Virus record (IMG/VR): IMGVR_UViG_3300009095_000024
Span: 1 to 45,911 of that record
Strand: one strand, 5' to 3'
Length of the DNA: 45,911 nucleotides
DNA from: a virus
Taxonomy: Duplodnaviria > Caudoviricetes
Shown: positions 9,010 to 17,991 of the stretch, in pieces
How the letters are laid out: every line of letters begins with the position of its first letter
How positions within the stretch are numbered: position 1 is the stretch's first letter
The notes under the pieces: model-generated
The model's database searches: none
Told to the model about the DNA's origin: nothing
Seen by the model: the letters and a program-made list of their open reading frames with translations, nothing else
Position numbers and translations under genes: made by a program

Positions 9010-10644
9010 TCAGTTGCGCGGCACGGGGGGCGGCAGGGGCTCCCCGTCGAGGATGCGAGTCAGCCGATCGACGATCGGCCACTGCGAGGCAGCGGTCGCC
9101 GCCTCGAGGGTAGCGAGCAGGCGCTCACGGTCTGCAGGGCCCCAAGACGCTGGGCCCCAAGACGAGCCCGCCTCGCCAGACGGCGCCGGGCCACCATGCA
9201 CGTCCACGTGCACATGGGCGTCTAACTCGCTGAAATCCTGTGCATGAGAGCACGTGGAGCTACCTGGCGCCTCCCGAGGTGGGGGGCTGCCGGAGGCCAA
9301 AATCGGCTGAATCTGTGCGAGGTGGCCCACCGCGTGGCCCATCTCCTGCACCAATTCAGCACAAACCCGAGCAACGGCAGCCGAGCCGCCCGGGGCCTCC
9401 TTAGGGTTGCTGGGCCAGAGGATCTGATCCAACGGGTCGAACCAGCGCATGGCCTGCAGCGCTCGGACGCTGCGCGCCTTGCGCACGTAGACCTCGAGCA
9501 TCTCGCTCGTTGTGTGGCCGGTGCGGTCCATCACCCAGCGCTCGGGACGCCCCACGGCCAGCGCCACCGTGCAGAAGCTGGCGCGCGTGGCGTGCACGGT
9601 GACGGGGCGCATGTTGCCCTCGGCATGGTGCAGCTCGTGACGGTCGACGCCCGCCTTCAGTAGGTGCTGGCGGAAGTCCCGCGACTCGACGCGGCAGTCG
9701 GGGAACACCCGGTCGCCGGCCTCGACGTCGTGGTCGCGCTCCTCGCGGAGCCGCCGCAGCGCGCCGAGCACGTCGGGCTCGGCAGCCCAGACGCGCGGCA
9801 TCCCCGTCTTGTTGTCGTACAGGGTGATGGCGCCATGCCGGAAGTCCACCTGCCGCCAGGTCAGCGCTTCCGTCTCGCCCATCCGCGTCCCGTTTCTGGT
9901 TTGAAACCCCACGACCGCCCTCTCGATGAGGTCAATACCAGAGCAGGACAGGAAGCGCGAGTCCTCGTCGGGGTAAATGATCTGCCCCTCCTTCGGGGTG
10001 CCGGCGCCCTCCACGAACTTACGCGGGAGCGGGTTGTAGGTGATGAGCTTCAATGGCCACACACTGAAGTCCAGCACCTGGCGGACGATCGTCTGGTACT
10101 TGCGGCGGGTGGCGGGGCGCCGGTGGCTGACCTTGGCGACGACCTGCTGCGCGATCTCCTCCGTGATCTCCTTGATCGGTAGGTGCCCGAGGATGGGCTT
10201 GATCACGGCGTTGTAGTCGTTGCGGGCGTGCTCGGTCGAGCTCTCGCCCTTCTCGCGGCAAGCCTGCGGGTACTTGCGCCGCAGGTCGCCGCTCAGCCAG
10301 TAGTCGAGCACGTCGTCGAAGGTGCGCAGGCCCGTGCCAGCGAGGCTCGCCTCACGCATGGCCTCGTGTGCGAGGTCACGCATGGCGCGTTCGACGGCGG
10401 AGAATTGCTTCTCCGTGCGGGCGTCGTTGAAGGCGTCGATCATGGCGGCGGCCGCCGAGGCGCGCCCCGCCGCCACGAGCGCGTCGATGCGCTCACGCAC
10501 ACGGTCGGCGCGAGCGTAGGCCTGCACCTCGTCGGTGGCCTGAATGTAGACGCGCCGCCGCGGGCCGTCGCCGCAGCGGAAGCGCCCACACCAGCCCTTG
10601 GCGCGGTGCTCGAGCTTGAAGGATCTATCGGTGGTTGTGGTCAT
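9010..10644 (-). CDS. int: Tyrosine recombinase/integrase
   Basis: Catalytic R (GTRMGE), K (NKTG), HxxR (HATR), GH and Y (EVYVR); ~140-aa C-terminal extension. Confidence 0.9.
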   Translation of the reverse strand: MTTTTDRSFKLEHRAKGWCGRFRCGDGPRRRVYIQATDEVQAYARADRVRERIDALVAAGRASAAAAMIDAFNDARTEKQFSAVERAMRDLAHEAMREASLAGTGLRTFDDVLDYWLSGDLRRKYPQACREKGESSTEHARNDYNAVIKPILGHLPIKEITEEIAQQVVAKVSHRRPATRRKYQTIVRQVLDFSVWPLKLITYNPLPRKFVEGAGTPKEGQIIYPDEDSRFLSCSGIDLIERAVVGFQTRNGTRMGETEALTWRQVDFRHGAITLYDNKTGMPRVWAAEPDVLGALRRLREERDHDVEAGDRVFPDCRVESRDFRQHLLKAGVDRHELHHAEGNMRPVTVHATRASFCTVALAVGRPERWVMDRTGHTTSEMLEVYVRKARSVRALQAMRWFDPLDQILWPSNPKEAPGGSAAVARVCAELVQEMGHAVGHLAQIQPILASGSPPPREAPGSSTCSHAQDFSELDAHVHVDVHGGPAPSGEAGSSWGPASWGPADRERLLATLEAATAASQWPIVDRLTRILDGEPLPPPVPRN

Positions 10645-11015
10645 TGCTTGGGTGCTTTCTTGGTTGCGCGCCTCCCTCGCGAGAGGACACGTTGGTAGAC
10701 GTCCTCCCCCTCAGCCGGCGACGGCGGCTCCTCCTTGCCGCAGCGCTCGAGCTCCTCCCGGTAAGCTTCGGCGCTCAGCAAGAAATCGCGCTTCACGCGC
10801 CAGGCCCCCTCTTTCCCTTCTGCCATCCGGCGCCGTACAGCAGCGCAATGGCGCCGAGGCCCGAGTGCAGAGTCGTGCTGGTCGATTGTCTCCGACCCCT
10901 CCCGTGGATTTGGGCTTGACTCCGCCCAGTGCATCGCCATGCGCGATAAAACGCGATGAATTGTCGCCAAGGCGTCCTCGACGGCCGCCAGGTCCCGCAG
11001 ATCCATGTCCCACAC
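10641..11015 (-). CDS. Hypothetical protein
   Basis: GGGAGG RBS; stop overlaps the integrase start. Confidence 0.5.
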   Translation of the reverse strand: MWDMDLRDLAAVEDALATIHRVLSRMAMHWAESSPNPREGSETIDQHDSALGPRRHCAAVRRRMAEGKEGAWRVKRDFLLSAEAYREELERCGKEEPPSPAEGEDVYQRVLSRGRRATKKAPKQ

Positions 11016-11157
11016 CTCCCCGCCCGCGACCTAAACGCCCACCGCGTCTAGGTGTGGTCGATTGCCCCCATGTATACGGGTGGCAACGCCCCGGTGTCAT
11101 GAGTGACGGCTCGCGTTGTTGCAGTTTGGTACGGGCATGTGCGACGCTTGGGCTGAC

Positions 11158-11197
11158 TAGACCACGTAACGGGGTAAGCGTACACTAGATGGTGTAC
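11158..11197 (+). promoter_or_regulatory. Promoter plus palindromic operator of the HTH regulator
   Basis: TAGACC-17-TACACT; perfect GTACAC-N6-GTGTAC at 11180-11197; AAGGAGG RBS follows. Confidence 0.7.
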
Positions 11198-11219
11198 CAC
11201 GAGAAGGAGGCGCCGCCCA

Positions 11220-11468
11220 ATGGCCACCGCAAACTTAGAGCTGACGACCGCGGAAAAACGCTGTCTCACAGCCTACAATCGACACGTGGAGCGCTTCGGC
11301 GTGCCGCCGACAATCCGGGCACTCGCGGCAGTGCTCGAGGTGTACCCGAACGCCGTTCAGCGCACGCTGAAGCGCCTAGAGGGCAAGGGCTACCTGGCCC
11401 GGAAGGAGGAGAAGATCACGCGCCAGCGCCTGGTGATCTCCCCCAAGGGGAAGAAGGCGATCGGGTGA
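11220..11468 (+). CDS. LexA N-terminal-like winged-HTH regulator (no peptidase domain)
   Basis: LT..E...L.......GVPPTIRALA..L......V...LKRLE.KGYL pattern. Confidence 0.85.
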   Translation: MATANLELTTAEKRCLTAYNRHVERFGVPPTIRALAAVLEVYPNAVQRTLKRLEGKGYLARKEEKITRQRLVISPKGKKAIG

Positions 11469-11692
11469 GCCCGCGCATGATCACCCGCTGTCCGAGATGC
11501 GGAGCGGGACTAGTGGACGAGGAGATCCCCGCAGCACACCGCGAGATGTACGGGGGCAGCTCGCACTTCTCGCGCCTCGTCGCCTGCTACGACACCGAGC
11601 TCGACCGGACGGTGCACTTTGAATGCCCCGACTGCGGGGGAGCAATCACCCCGGAGGAGGCGTTCGAGCAAAAAAGTCACGAGGCGCCTTGA
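11465..11692 (+). CDS. Zn-ribbon protein
   Basis: CPRC...CPDC; GTGA overlap with the upstream stop. Confidence 0.65.
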   Translation: MSPRMITRCPRCGAGLVDEEIPAAHREMYGGSSHFSRLVACYDTELDRTVHFECPDCGGAITPEEAFEQKSHEAP

Positions 11693-11766
11693 CACCTACC
11701 CCCCCGGGTGTGCTGGATTGGAACGGTCCAGGCGCACGGGGCGGGCTGGGCTACAAGGGGCGGACG

Positions 11767-12018
11767 ATGGGGAACGAGGGGATCATGAGGGCGGCGGGCG
11801 CATGCCGGGAGCCGCTCGACGAGGCTTTCCTGGACGGCCTCGTGCTGGACGGCTTTGTCAGCGAGGAGGATGCAGAAAACGCGCTGCTGACAATCGAGCT
11901 CGTGCTCGACTTCGCGCGGCGCGGCGACATCAGCGTGCGGTTCGCTAACCAGATCCTGCGCCGCTTAGCGGAGGAGACAGCCATGGTGACCGCGGACGCG
12001 ATACTATCGGGAGGATGA
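11767..12018 (+). CDS. Hypothetical protein
   Basis: Part of an overlapping + strand run. Confidence 0.5.
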   Translation: MGNEGIMRAAGACREPLDEAFLDGLVLDGFVSEEDAENALLTIELVLDFARRGDISVRFANQILRRLAEETAMVTADAILSGG

Positions 12019-12197
12019 CGGAGCACGAGCAGGCGGTGCTCGACGCAATGGCGCGGGTGCCACGTTGGAAGCTGGAATTTCAAGCGGATGGGGAGGACTA
12101 TCATTCCGACCCGGACATGCAAGCGCCTTGCGCCGCCGAATTGCGGCGCCGCAGGGCAGAGGAGAACAACAATGGCGGAATCAAAGGCCCTCGATGA
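12015..12197 (+). CDS. Hypothetical protein
   Basis: GGAGG RBS, ATGA overlap. Confidence 0.5.
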   Translation: MTEHEQAVLDAMARVPRWKLEFQADGEDYHSDPDMQAPCAAELRRRRAEENNNGGIKGPR

Positions 12198-12597
12198 GCG
12201 CGGGCACTTTACGGGCGGGGCAGCCCAAGAGCTGCTCGAGGAGATAGAACGGCGCATGGCGGGCTATGCCAACAACCTAGACGGCACGAGCGTCGGGCGA
12301 ATTAAGGAGGTCCTTCGACTTGCTGAAGGGAAGCCCGCCGAGCGGGTGCTGTGCGAGGCGATGCGTGAGCTGCTGCTCAACAGTATTCACGTGCTGAGCG
12401 ACACGCCGAAGGGGCTTCGGTCTGCGTGCATCGCGCTCGACCTGCGCGGAGATGGCGGCGCTCACGTCTTCGTGCTCGCGCAGGCTGCCGCGTACACAAG
12501 GGCGGCGTCGGCGCTCCTCCGGACGGCAGAGGAGCAGATCGGCGTGTTCCTCGCGCAGGACGACAAAGCAACGCCAGCGCCGGCGGAGGTGTCATGA
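12172..12597 (+). CDS. Hypothetical protein (MAESKAL...)
   Basis: GAGGAG RBS before ATG 12172. Confidence 0.55.
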   Translation: MAESKALDERGHFTGGAAQELLEEIERRMAGYANNLDGTSVGRIKEVLRLAEGKPAERVLCEAMRELLLNSIHVLSDTPKGLRSACIALDLRGDGGAHVFVLAQAAAYTRAASALLRTAEEQIGVFLAQDDKATPAPAEVS

Positions 12598-13010
12598 GAA
12601 CCTTGGATCTGAAGGTGGACATCACCGGCTGCACCCCCGAAGAAGTCTTCGAGAAGCTTCGCGCGCGCGCCCGGGAGCTGCCGGCAGCCGTGCAAGAGCA
12701 GGTACTCAGGCAGATCGCGTCAATGGAAGAGCGGTCCGCTGGGCTCAGCCCCGCGCAGCTGTCAGGCGTTACCCTCGTACAGGGGCTGACAACGAGCATG
12801 GCGGAGCTCAATACGCTTCACGACGGCGTCGTGGGGCTTGCCCAGAACCTGGAGGAGCCCGAGGCGGGGACAATCTTTTCGATGGGCGGCGCCGCCCAAG
12901 CGCTCGGCCATGCGCGATGGTCTTTGTCGATGGCGCAATACCTGCTCGAGCGAGCGCTCGACCTGCCCCGCGCAGAGAAGGACGAAGACGACACCGAGGG
13001 GGAAGCGTGA
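12594..13010 (+). CDS. Hypothetical protein (MRTLDLK...)
   Basis: GGAGGT RBS, ATGA overlap. Confidence 0.55.
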   Translation: MRTLDLKVDITGCTPEEVFEKLRARARELPAAVQEQVLRQIASMEERSAGLSPAQLSGVTLVQGLTTSMAELNTLHDGVVGLAQNLEEPEAGTIFSMGGAAQALGHARWSLSMAQYLLERALDLPRAEKDEDDTEGEA

Positions 13011-13673
13011 ATGTCCAAGCCGCTCACAACCCTTGGCGAGCAGATCGCAGCGAAGGGGGGAGACTGGCGCGCGCAGCTGCGCGCAGCAGACGTCCCGCGC
13101 AGGCCTCCGCCGTCCTCGGCGAGCGCCGATCGCGGATACGTGGAGCAACCGGGGGAGAGCGCGCCGCCGCCCACGCCCCCACCGGCCACGCCTCGGCGGC
13201 GCGTCGAGACACCGACGCTCACGGCGCCGGTTGCGCTGATACGCACGCACTACACCGAAGAGCTAGCGAAGGCGCCCCCGCCTCCGCCCGACCCTGCCCC
13301 GCTGCAGCTGGAGGCCCCGCCCGTGGCCGCTAAGAAGAAACGCAAATTCACCGACAAGGCGACGCAGATCGCGGCCGTGCGGCGCGTCCTCGCGGGGGAA
13401 AACGCGGCGGCCATCGCGCGGGAGCTCGGCGTGCACCCGAGCAACATCGCCAACTGGAAACGGGTGCACGCCGCAGCGATCAAGCGCTCGCCCAAGCCGC
13501 GGGAGCCCGAGCCCGCGCAGAGCAGCTCACCCGCCGGAAACGGGGCCCTGCCCCCGCCGCCTACCCTCCAGCTGGACGGGCTCGAGGCCTACATTCAGGC
13601 CGTCGTGGACAGGGCCGTAGCCGTGCGGGTACGCTCTGAGCTGCGCCGCCTGCTCGGCGGGGAAGGGAGCTAG
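13011..13673 (+). CDS. Pro-rich protein with a homeodomain-like HTH
   Basis: KRKFT...IAAVRRVLAGENAAAIARELGVHPSNIANWKR; no DDE domain. Confidence 0.7.
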   Translation: MSKPLTTLGEQIAAKGGDWRAQLRAADVPRRPPPSSASADRGYVEQPGESAPPPTPPPATPRRRVETPTLTAPVALIRTHYTEELAKAPPPPPDPAPLQLEAPPVAAKKKRKFTDKATQIAAVRRVLAGENAAAIARELGVHPSNIANWKRVHAAAIKRSPKPREPEPAQSSSPAGNGALPPPPTLQLDGLEAYIQAVVDRAVAVRVRSELRRLLGGEGS

Positions 13674-13714
13674 ATCGCGCCGACTTAGGGGGGGGAGCTA
13701 GATCGAAGCTACTA

Positions 13715-13785
13715 GGGCGGGTCGTCCAAGGGAAGGACAGGGAATAAGCCCCCGATGAATCCGGGTTCGAGTCCCGGCTCGTCCA
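13715..13785 (+). tRNA. tRNA-like element / pseudo-tRNA with unpaired anticodon arm
   Basis: Acceptor GGGCGGG/CTCGTCC, D arm GTCC-AAGGGAA-GGAC, T arm CCGGG-TTCGAGT-CCCGG; anticodon stem does not pair; no encoded CCA. Confidence 0.7.
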
Positions 13786-13808
13786 CTGCTACAACGACAT
13801 ATGAGCCA

Positions 13809-13873
13809 CCCAAGAGCCCCCGCGGCAAACAACCATAACCCGCGGCACTGATACCCGCCGCGGGGGCTCTTGG
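13809..13873. terminator. Inverted repeat between convergent transcription units
   Basis: CCAAGAGCCCCCGCGGC ... GCCGCGGGGGCTCTTGG, 17-bp perfect arms. Confidence 0.65.
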
Positions 13874-13876
13874 AGC

Positions 13877-14137
13877 TCACCCCCCCGTGAGCAGCATTCG
13901 CGCGGCCAAGGTCAGCCGGTAATTGCCGTGGACCTGCACCGGCTCGTCCACCAGCAGCCCCTTGGCTTCGAGCGCCCGGATCTGTTGCCGCGCGCCCGCC
14001 CGGCTAATCCCGAGGGCCCGCGCCGCGTCGCCCACGGTCGGGGGCCTCCGCAGCTCGGTATGCAGGCGAGCGAGGGTCTCTAGGATCTCGCGCTGTCGCG
14101 CTGTCGGCGCGTCGCCGCGCTTGTTGGCTGGTCTCAC
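13877..14137 (-). CDS. Second LexA N-terminal-like HTH regulator
   Basis: PTARQREILE......RPPTVGDAARALGISR.GARQQIRALEAKGLL. Confidence 0.85.
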   Translation of the reverse strand: MRPANKRGDAPTARQREILETLARLHTELRRPPTVGDAARALGISRAGARQQIRALEAKGLLVDEPVQVHGNYRLTLAARMLLTGG

Positions 14138-14227
14138 TCGGTGCCTCCTCCTTCGGTTTACGGTCGTACGCGCCGGCGCACTGCAGGGCGTGGCCTAGCA
14201 GCATCAGAAGCCACGCAGGGCTTGCCA

Positions 14228-14371
14228 TCAGCCCACACCGCACAGGAAGTGTAGGGGCAGCCAGATCAGGAATAGCGCCCACGCCAGGGGCAGCAGGCGA
14301 AGCGCGTGCATGACGAGCACGACGGCGGCCAGGGCCACCCCGACCGTCACGACCGAGGCCAGGCCCGTCAC
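14228..14371 (-). CDS. Small membrane protein
   Basis: Two hydrophobic segments; GTG overlaps the upstream stop. Confidence 0.4.
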   Translation of the reverse strand: MTGLASVVTVGVALAAVVLVMHALRLLPLAWALFLIWLPLHFLCGVG

Positions 14372-14691
14372 GCATCCCCCCGCGTAGGGCCCCGGGGCAC
14401 GACCCACCATTGCCCCCGCACGGGCTCGATCGTGACGCTCGATTTCGGGTAGACGTGGTCAAATACCCAGGCCTCCGCCTCCGCCCGCGTCTCTTGGCAC
14501 GCGAGCACGCCGCGGGCGTCAATGTAGGCCGCCCATGCGGCTTCATCGTGCGTCCGGTTGCTCATAGTGACCGGCAGGCGCCGATCGCGCGCGGCGTCGC
14601 GCCCCTCCTGCCTGCCTAGCGCCTCCAGCTTGGCGCGGCTGGCCCACACGGGCGTTTCCTGCCCGTCTTGGCCGATACGGTATCGTCTCAT
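14368..14691 (-). CDS. Hypothetical early protein
   Basis: Minus-strand small-gene array; preceded by a hairpin element. Confidence 0.55.
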   Translation of the reverse strand: MRRYRIGQDGQETPVWASRAKLEALGRQEGRDAARDRRLPVTMSNRTHDEAAWAAYIDARGVLACQETRAEAEAWVFDHVYPKSSVTIEPVRGQWWVVPRGPTRGDA

Positions 14692-14761
14692 GGCTCTTGC
14701 TTCCCCGGGCCTCTAGTGGCCCGCCAGGCGCCGCCACGGGGTGACGGCGCCGAGCGGACGG

Positions 14762-14968
14762 CTAGAGGCCCATCTCTTCGGCCCACCACAACATCGGCGA
14801 TGGGTACTCGTCGCGCTCATCCTCCGTGAGCGACAGGGACCAGTCAGCCACGACCAGCCGCAGGCCGTCCATGGTGGCCTCGTCGCCGATGGCGACGTCG
14901 GCGTCGCTCTCGCAGACCGGCTGGATCCATCGCAGGCGCTGCCTCACTTGCGCTTCCTTGGGGCTCAT
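14762..14968 (-). CDS. Hypothetical early protein
   Basis: AAGGAG RBS; stop lies inside a hairpin element. Confidence 0.55.
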   Translation of the reverse strand: MSPKEAQVRQRLRWIQPVCESDADVAIGDEATMDGLRLVVADWSLSLTEDERDEYPSPMLWWAEEMGL

Positions 14969-15225
14969 TTGCGCGGCTCCTTGAGCAGGGCGACTAGGTC
15001 GCGCTTCATGCGAGCCCGCTCGCCCGGGTCGGGCTCGCTCGCTAGGAGCTCGAGCGCGCTCAGCAGGTCACCTTGTGCGCGGGCCGCCCTTCGCCCCGCG
15101 CGCGCGTATGCCGCCAGCTTGTCGAGCGCGCGACGCAGGGCGGGCCATTTGGCCGCGTCCCGCTCGCTGATGCAGTGCCACATGGCGTCCAACTCGTCCG
15201 GCTCGAAACGGGGGGGCTGGATCAT
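14965..15225 (-). CDS. Hypothetical early protein (MIQPPRF...)
   Basis: ATGA overlaps at both ends. Confidence 0.5.
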   Translation of the reverse strand: MIQPPRFEPDELDAMWHCISERDAAKWPALRRALDKLAAYARAGRRAARAQGDLLSALELLASEPDPGERARMKRDLVALLKEPRK

Positions 15226-15470
15226 GACTCGGACTCCCTCTCCCACGCTTCGGTCAGCTCTTCCCAATCGACCTTGTCCATGTCGCCAGGATCCATGTCC
15301 GGCGTTCCCTCGGGATAGACCTCGCGGCAGTAGGCCTCCACGCGCTTCGCGGTAAGCGCCGTGGAACGGATAAACCGCATTTTGTCGCGATAGAGCGGCT
15401 CCTCGTTGTCAATCCAGAGATTGATGTTCCAGGTCTCGTAATTCGTCCAACCGTTGTAACCGTCTGCCAT
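15222..15470 (-). CDS. Conserved small phage protein (YNGWTNYETW motif)
   Basis: Recognisable N-terminal YNGWTNYETW..NLWIDNEE motif seen in many phage hypothetical proteins; GAGGAG RBS. Confidence 0.7.
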   Translation of the reverse strand: MADGYNGWTNYETWNINLWIDNEEPLYRDKMRFIRSTALTAKRVEAYCREVYPEGTPDMDPGDMDKVDWEELTEAWERESES

Positions 15471-15556
15471 GTCTCCTCGCCTTCTCTTTCGGTGTGTGGG
15501 CCACTAGCGGCCAGGATCGCGGCCGCCTCGCGTGGAGGCGGCCGCTGTCCCGGTCG

Positions 15557-16663
15557 TTAGAGCGCGTACTCTCGAGACACGGCGAGCTCACCCCACGCGA
15601 CGCGCACGAGCGCGCCCCGGCGCGTGGCCGCCTCGTCGCAGCCACAACACGTGCAAGTGTGCTCGCGCAGCGTGATGGTATGCGTCCCGCCCACGATCGC
15701 CTCCGCCTCACGCGCCCCGACGCGGATCTCCACGAGGCGTGCATACTCCTCCGCCGTGAGCTCGCCCGCGTCGGTGCGCGCGCAGTCGAGCCTATGATCG
15801 CCGCAATCCTCATCGTGGCCGATATCCGAGGCCGTTATCCGCTGATACGGGGGGCACGGCGCCAACGGGGCCAGCACGTGATCACGGATCAAGGCCTTCG
15901 CCTCCTCGTCCGGCAACAGCCCCTCGGCCAGCCGCGCGCGCTGCGACTCGTCGCCCCAACGCTCCACGCATTGCGCCAGCTGGGCCGCCTTACGCGCCTC
16001 CTGGGCGCGCTCCGCCTCGGCGTCCTGCTCGGCGAGCAGCAGGCGAAGCGCGTACAGGCGCGACCGTAGCGGGTCGGGCACATAGGACCCGTCGCCGTGC
16101 CCGCCCTCGAATCCGGGGATTTCATCGCGACCCGTCACGCCGGCCGCGCGCGCGGCCAGGTGATCCTGTTCCCACGCGGCCAGGACCGGCTCCATGCGCT
16201 CGAGGCGAGCCGCGTCCTCCTCCGCCTTCGCGGCGGCGTCGGCCGCGATGGAGGCCCGCCGCGCGGCATGCTCGACGCGGCTCTCCTCGACAGCGGCGGC
16301 GTATGCCTCGAGCTTGGCTCGCGCGAAATCGATAGCGGCGGCCGGGTCCGGCGGACGCGTGCTAGCGTCGCCATCGACCCCGCCGTAACTCCGCGTGTAG
16401 GACAACTCGGCGCGCGCGTCGAACGGCGAGCCCGGGGGCGCCTCGGCCGCACCCTGCGAATAGTAGATCCGCGTCGGGACGACGCAGGTCGCGCGCCCGT
16501 CTTTGTCGACCCTGGTCCACGGCAGGTCGAGCAGCGCCGGCAGGAGCGCGGTCGGGACGGGATAGGTCTGCACTGCCGCAGCGCACGGGGCGGGCAGGCC
16601 GCTAAGGAGCGCCGCGCGCTGGGCAGCGTCGGACAAATGGATCGTGATGGTATGATCGGCCAT
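15557..16663 (-). CDS. Hypothetical protein with C-terminal Cys/His cluster
   Basis: 368-aa ORF, GAAGGA RBS, stop inside a hairpin element. Confidence 0.65.
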   Translation of the reverse strand: MADHTITIHLSDAAQRAALLSGLPAPCAAAVQTYPVPTALLPALLDLPWTRVDKDGRATCVVPTRIYYSQGAAEAPPGSPFDARAELSYTRSYGGVDGDASTRPPDPAAAIDFARAKLEAYAAAVEESRVEHAARRASIAADAAAKAEEDAARLERMEPVLAAWEQDHLAARAAGVTGRDEIPGFEGGHGDGSYVPDPLRSRLYALRLLLAEQDAEAERAQEARKAAQLAQCVERWGDESQRARLAEGLLPDEEAKALIRDHVLAPLAPCPPYQRITASDIGHDEDCGDHRLDCARTDAGELTAEEYARLVEIRVGAREAEAIVGGTHTITLREHTCTCCGCDEAATRRGALVRVAWGELAVSREYAL

Positions 16664-16737
16664 GATGGCTTCCTTCTGCCGGCCGTGCCGGCGTTGTTGG
16701 GCGGGGGCCGTGCCCCCGCTAGATCGGGCCTGATTGC

Positions 16738-16781
16738 CCGCTAGACGCTGTCAGACCCGTGGATCTGACAGCGTCTGGCGG
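16738..16781. terminator. 18-bp stem-loop (terminator or processing site)
   Basis: CCGCTAGACGCTGTCAGA-8 nt-TCTGACAGCGTCTGGCGG just after the stop at 16786. Confidence 0.6.
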
Positions 16782-16785
16782 AACG

Positions 16786-17136
16786 TCAGTCGCGCAGTGG
16801 TGCGAGGCTCGCGTCCAGCGCGGCCAGCTTCGCGTTCAGGTCAGCGAGCGCCTCCTTGTGCATCCCGTGCGCTTCGGCGACCATGGCGGCCGTGTAGGTG
16901 TCGTCCAGGCTGCAACACCATAGAGAGTCAGTGCCCTGGTAGCCGCCCCAATGGGCCGTCACGATGACGCCGCACCATGCGTCGCTATCGCCCCGCTCGA
17001 GGCGAGCGAGGACCGCATCCTCGGCTGCTCGATCGATATCGGGGTCGTCTGTCGCGCAGAGGTTGCCGCGCACGGGCGTGTCCTCCGGCTCGGTCGCGAC
17101 CGTGAACGTGACCTCTGAAGCTTTCAGCGCGCGCAT
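16786..17136 (-). CDS. Hypothetical early protein
   Basis: 116-aa ORF in the minus-strand array. Confidence 0.6.
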   Translation of the reverse strand: MRALKASEVTFTVATEPEDTPVRGNLCATDDPDIDRAAEDAVLARLERGDSDAWCGVIVTAHWGGYQGTDSLWCCSLDDTYTAAMVAEAHGMHKEALADLNAKLAALDASLAPLRD

Positions 17137-17140
17137 TGGC

Positions 17141-17446
17141 TCACCCGGCCTTGCTGGCCGGCGCGGCCGCTAGATCGTGGACGTCGGACCAGGCAGCGCT
17201 AAAGCGGTCGCTACCGCGGCGCTCCCAAGGCAGGCGCGCTAGATCGGCGATCTTGTCCGCCCATAGGACGCATATCGGATGCGTGTTGACGTCCTCGGTG
17301 GAGCCACGCCCCTCCGCCTCGAGCAGCGCGCGTAGACGGCAAACCGCGCGGCCAAAGCCCAGAACAACTCCGGACAGGTTGCACGCGTCTTGCACGCGGA
17401 TCGCCTCATTGGCGAGATCGGCCATAGATCGGGTATCGGTGGACAT
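17141..17446 (-). CDS. Hypothetical early protein (MSTDTRS...)
   Basis: Start re-called at ATG 17446 behind the conserved element. Confidence 0.65.
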   Translation of the reverse strand: MSTDTRSMADLANEAIRVQDACNLSGVVLGFGRAVCRLRALLEAEGRGSTEDVNTHPICVLWADKIADLARLPWERRGSDRFSAAWSDVHDLAAAPASKAG

Positions 17447-17520
17447 GGGGTTTCTTTCTGTTTGGGGGCCACTATCGGCCAGGGTTGCAGGGCGCGTAGC
17501 GCGCCCTGCTGTCCCGGTCG

Positions 17521-17910
17521 TTAGCGGTAACGCCGCGCGCGTCGCAGGCGCGGGATATTGGCGAAATAGACGCCGTGCTGAGTCGCGAGGCGCCTCGCGA
17601 GCCGCTCTAGCTCGCGACGCGAGGCCTTGACGTGGAGGCAATAGTCCGTTTCCAGCGGGTCCTCGCCCTCGTGGTATGGGCCGTTGCCGTAAAGGCTCAT
17701 ACCGCGCCGGCTATTGTCCGGCGTCCAGCATGTTTCCACGGTCGCGCTATGCTCGAGCAGGAACGCGATCGCGGCTGCAGGTCGCCAGCCGCGCGCCGGC
17801 CGATCCTCAGTGCCAGCCTCGGTATCAGGATCAACCCAGCCCTGTTCCGCAGCGTCGCCCTCGGCCACGCTATCTTCTGTCAGCACGGCATACGTCATAT
17901 CGAAACGCAT
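17521..17910 (-). CDS. Hypothetical early protein
   Basis: Bounded on both sides by conserved elements. Confidence 0.7.
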   Translation of the reverse strand: MRFDMTYAVLTEDSVAEGDAAEQGWVDPDTEAGTEDRPARGWRPAAAIAFLLEHSATVETCWTPDNSRRGMSLYGNGPYHEGEDPLETDYCLHVKASRRELERLARRLATQHGVYFANIPRLRRARRYR

Positions 17911-17991
17911 GGTGTTCTCTCTCTTGGTTGGGGCCCACTATCGGGCAAGCTCGCGGCGCCTGGTACCTGCCAGGCGCCGCTGGCTCGCTCG

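Noticed and set aside
11689-11720. TTGACA promoter
   Set aside because: No acceptable -10 at 16-18 bp.
13011-13673. IS3-like transposase
   Set aside because: Only an HTH; no DDE ORF, terminal inverted repeats or target duplication.
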